Part shown: piece by piece, positions 51,301 to 52,105 of the stretch
Layout of the letters: each line of letters begins with the position of its first letter
Position numbering within the stretch: the stretch's first letter is position 1
Assembly (NCBI GenBank): GCA_903920975.1
Contig: CAIXNZ010000023.1
Span: 1 to 52,105 of the forward strand
Direction: 5' to 3'
Source: Candidatus Falkowbacteria bacterium
GTDB taxonomy: Bacteria > Patescibacteriota > Patescibacteriia > CAIXNZ01
DNA length: 52,105 nucleotides
Notes under the pieces: generated by a model
What the model was told of the DNA's origin: nothing
Seen by the model: the letters and a program-made list of their open reading frames with translations, nothing else
The model's database searches: none
Program-made: the position numbers and the translations under genes

Positions 51301-51841
51301 AAAAATAGCCGGAAGAACTCAAGGCACAATATTTCCAAATGCAAATTATGATTGTTCTCTTCGCCAAAGCGTGGCGCTTGGGCTTCATTCTGAACAGACT
51401 TTTAGTGATAATTTCAGAGTAACATCTAAATTATTAGTTCCTGGGGGAAATAGTTATACAGGCTGGTTTGCAGTTGCTGGCTTGGGTAAAACATATTTAG
51501 CATTGTATAATGGCGGATCAAGATTTGGATTTTTGGATAGTGGAAGTTGGTCAAATATTTCGGGTACTGGAGGAAAAACATATACAGATTATATGACAAA
51601 TTATGTAAAGATTGACGAGACTTTTGATAATGGACTTATTAAATTTTATATTAATGATTCATATGTATACCAGAAAAATTGGGGCACTGGTACTTATCCT
51701 AACCAACTGCATTTTGGTTTTTCTCCTAGCGCAACCGTAGCTGGCTTTGAAGCTCGTTTTGACGATATTAGGGTTTCTAAATTTGTTACATCAGAACCAA
51801 CTGCAAACCCCGCATCAGTAACTTATTCAACCTTACCTTAG
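45365..51841 (+). CDS. giant secreted Cys-rich protein (2158 aa): Sec signal, CBM-like N-domain, type IV pilin head-like motif, CxxGxxxxxExCD repeats, DUF1566-like domain, tandem Cys-knot-like modules, Ig-like module, DUF2341/LamG-like C-terminus
   Basis: Uninterrupted 6.48-kb ORF starting 11 nt after the previous stop. Signal peptide MNHTEKKNKYLLLIFALFLLLPASALC. Motifs are listed in the findings. Confidence 0.9.
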   Translation: MNHTEKKNKYLLLIFALFLLLPASALCQTNTNQAPSVGTVENLSTLKQYWFPIASYEEVGTPISRPGAECESVVTFATDDTPLSCAALPSTNAPIVKLSNGGALTSGTAKLSYAFTVPAAGSYDFKIKVSNDADNFSKLSREQIDYILANDANHDNVSYQIDSANGNLTVMEYSDYAGSLASNAKYNTFRSMIFSVYIDGEDVQHRKGFIVVKNTDPSQLQESSVALGSLETGQHTVYLHFLSDYYFEYQSGALPSGFKNFATTDLNKGRCLGGAKAGAECSIDNDCPESACQKSLDTNPVIYSVAINTVQPSLDVIGILVFPNPKSLDPLTWYNENTITPSADVEQITVDGYRAVRDDHTVYVDAANIDANDSFYTNIYVIAYNLGAPAPTVAIFNQMLDNWVFNTNVIALDPLVGETAKDKLRRDTIRKSDLYNIQQLLEKYKAANSGKYPAFEAGTYIKDHTISTWPSWQATLGNKLGSGLPVDPLNIMTIDNREPYDCNNPVEKANCQSICSRDEGGNPLTGCPSNQQCVGNQYCSMCEPGYDAQTCWDKVATKFAFPDIFSGCDLPRTNIYNGALKLGASTCTLGKTDTVPSKPYSFDGAYVYQYTAKDNGTTYLLNYRLEYKAPVCSADQCSFEGTCYQAGSCLYNPLNEVTPIYPNYKNTQCFLGRWDNSCNNGIVQTECGEECDPGAPTDTLSSYCDVKFGSHDWYNEANINASCTDQCVYTAPSGTVEAYTKDPTLLNCGGFCGDKILQSEYKESCDQGPGGIVPTPDQIVGRINGVEVRGAGGTSQSLQYRCSATCQPDGGFCGDGLLQSEFEQCDKANYITPTPQETTEAVEGAKPQYACGKISSGKDCQFSGGFCGDGTVQDKYGEVCDDKVGIACSIDSDCPAKTCSNTCAGGDNADKPCAGSSDCPKGSCTPAKRVCTSKNCNQYCKGTYCGNGVVESPNSKGVNEVCDWASDPLCSQDCQHIKMGGTCTDSVYNHNCIGGANNGKGCSTNADCPGGTCSTPCNPQTNPDTCKLCDKNLSCSVRNFGDLDLKCLGTRGSFGCTRNDDCISGYYCDSQTTKCEMEASTYLTYRAQDILRLYFPGVPRIYIDTNPSICPKLEIVALSQDKSAVFDLCSGLSWDSADKISKDQWKYTDAQNACTGIFKLPTIAELYSLVSQTNLGTGIDFKEQANALKLCGLRCGYNPKDPATLCINCGDDNYIYWSSTCSQKTGTTCNKALAVNFKYGSVEEYDVSEGLKVHCKREAQCGNGTIEEGENCEFYVDANGKLLEQNIATKCTDQGYDGGFVHCDPISCIRRYDNCYLNSVLGQNCGTICQNKKKLACKSIGLNNDKDRFEITETGSVIAQTADNQLLYTKDVNNCVTNYTEAGQGGCDRVFNQIGDGKCNISGSLAPFLAEYSYCNCDEIFSAESCVPNTCDELEVGCGATPNGCGGTIANCGNCPGGNCEAGKCIACTPSCSSGARCTGNNLEECITEAQNSCLHWVQTKTCAADRDCSATLKTCVKKCPDSCTVGVSQCDGTNAYKTCVAPLDPINNCPDWSVSSTCPTGQTCQDGACKCPTAICTKDATRCSGNDLEKCIEDAANGICAHWITEPACSGGQTCQSGACACATGYKDCSGTCILDANCCNADDCSAISGQICKLDGSCDCSAGYKVCGTSCIPTANCCTSAECTAISGQTCQSGVCACSLGNKVCGTSCIPTANCCTNADCAVDQTCNTTTKQCVSSAKAITAFTIPSQVGTTTINESAKTIAVTMPPGTNVTLLTPTITISAGASVNPASGTAQNFTSPKSYIVTAADGSTQAYTVTVTVMVGTAITITNTTTEALTDYQVKFTLAYTSSIPTQLNITNQSGTKIPYYIDTTVTTNPRPVYVKVPSIPAKVAGTNGTATIYVAKPITGSSLASDGPGTFDLFQDFSTGGIGNLTLLGGQDNCPPGGSYSCWGMYTLPSGAQGYPCNADVNGASYYEKIAGRTQGTIFPNANYDCSLRQSVALGLHSEQTFSDNFRVTSKLLVPGGNSYTGWFAVAGLGKTYLALYNGGSRFGFLDSGSWSNISGTGGKTYTDYMTNYVKIDETFDNGLIKFYINDSYVYQKNWGTGTYPNQLHFGFSPSATVAGFEARFDDIRVSKFVTSEPTANPASVTYSTLP
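50201..50511 (+). repeat. perfect intragenic DNA repeats (36 nt x2, 22 nt x2) marking a recently duplicated 38-codon Cys-rich module
   Basis: taaagtctgcggtacttcctgcattccaacagcaaa at 50362-50397 and 50476-50511. ggtcagacctgtcaaagcggag at 50201-50222 and 50432-50453. Confidence 0.85.
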
Positions 51842-52015
51842 GTTCAGTATTATAAATCAACAATTTTATATTTGAACAAACATGAGCAAGGCCAGTCCGC
51901 GACCGGAGTTCAGACTTTTCCGCCTTTGGCGGAATCCGCCACAGGCGTGATAGTCTTTTATCTTGACCATAGCACTTGAAAAATATCTCAAATTTAACAT
52001 ATCAACCATATCAAA

Positions 52016-52105
52016 TTGAAAAATTGGCTAAAACCATATATTCTCCTGGTTTTGTTCGTGGCTTTGTCTTTCCTCGGCTATAACCTGACTGCCAAGATAG
52101 AAACC
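52016..52105 (+). CDS. 5' end of a membrane/secreted protein (partial, runs off the window)
   Basis: TTG start, then KNWLKPYILLVLFVALSFLGYNLTAKIET, a signal/TM-like segment. Only 30 codons are visible. Confidence 0.3.
   Translation, partial: MKNWLKPYILLVLFVALSFLGYNLTAKIET

Noticed and set aside
1-52105. Alternative genetic code (UGA recoding, as in some CPR lineages).
   Set aside because: TGA terminates well-supported genes at the expected length (for example recO at 4494-4496 and pyrF at 9486-9488). Long ORFs are intact under the standard code.

Overview
AT-rich, gene-dense chromosomal segment with about 45 CDS. It reads like a small-genome CPR/Patescibacteria-type bacterium. That placement is my inference from gene content, many SD-less or overlapping starts, Lys-rich protein tails and pilin-like modules. 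The code is standard, since TGA is used as a stop.

Gene order:
- Tail of the ribosomal spc cluster (rplO-secY-adk-map), then ruvX and recO.
- A visibly more GC-rich de novo pyrimidine block, pyrB | pyrC | pyrK-pyrD-pyrF-pyrE-like. Each unit has its own TTGAC-N17-TGATAAGGT promoter and hairpin terminator.
- A T-box leader plus aspS.
- Small, individually insulated accessory genes: an HTH+GIY-YIG protein, two small hypotheticals, and a YbaK-like protein with a polylysine tail.
- scpA-scpB, a PBP5-type carboxypeptidase and a GT4 glycosyltransferase.
- On the minus strand, two tandem membrane paralogs starting 2 nt behind a tRNA(CAT), then an intact tRNA-Leu(CAA) nested between the two halves of a broken tRNA-Leu-like gene.
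- parA-parB; relA/spoT, topA, dprA.
- Two islands of promoter/terminator-bounded short transcripts and structured RNA, at 22.6-22.9 kb and 26.3-27.1 kb.
- pth, der, LCP; lepB, hisS, rpsU, yqeY.
- An 18.2-kb operon of three giant secreted proteins (634, 3287 and 2158 aa).

I saw no rRNA, CRISPR array, transposase, integrase or phage structural gene.

The strongest candidate for something new is the giant-protein operon. Two of its proteins are built on near-identical VirB2/TrbC-like 'pilin' two-TM modules fused to huge adhesin-type ectodomains. The third embeds a type IV pilin head-like motif.

All domain names come from motif recognition by eye. No searches or computations (GC, folding energies, HMMs) were run.
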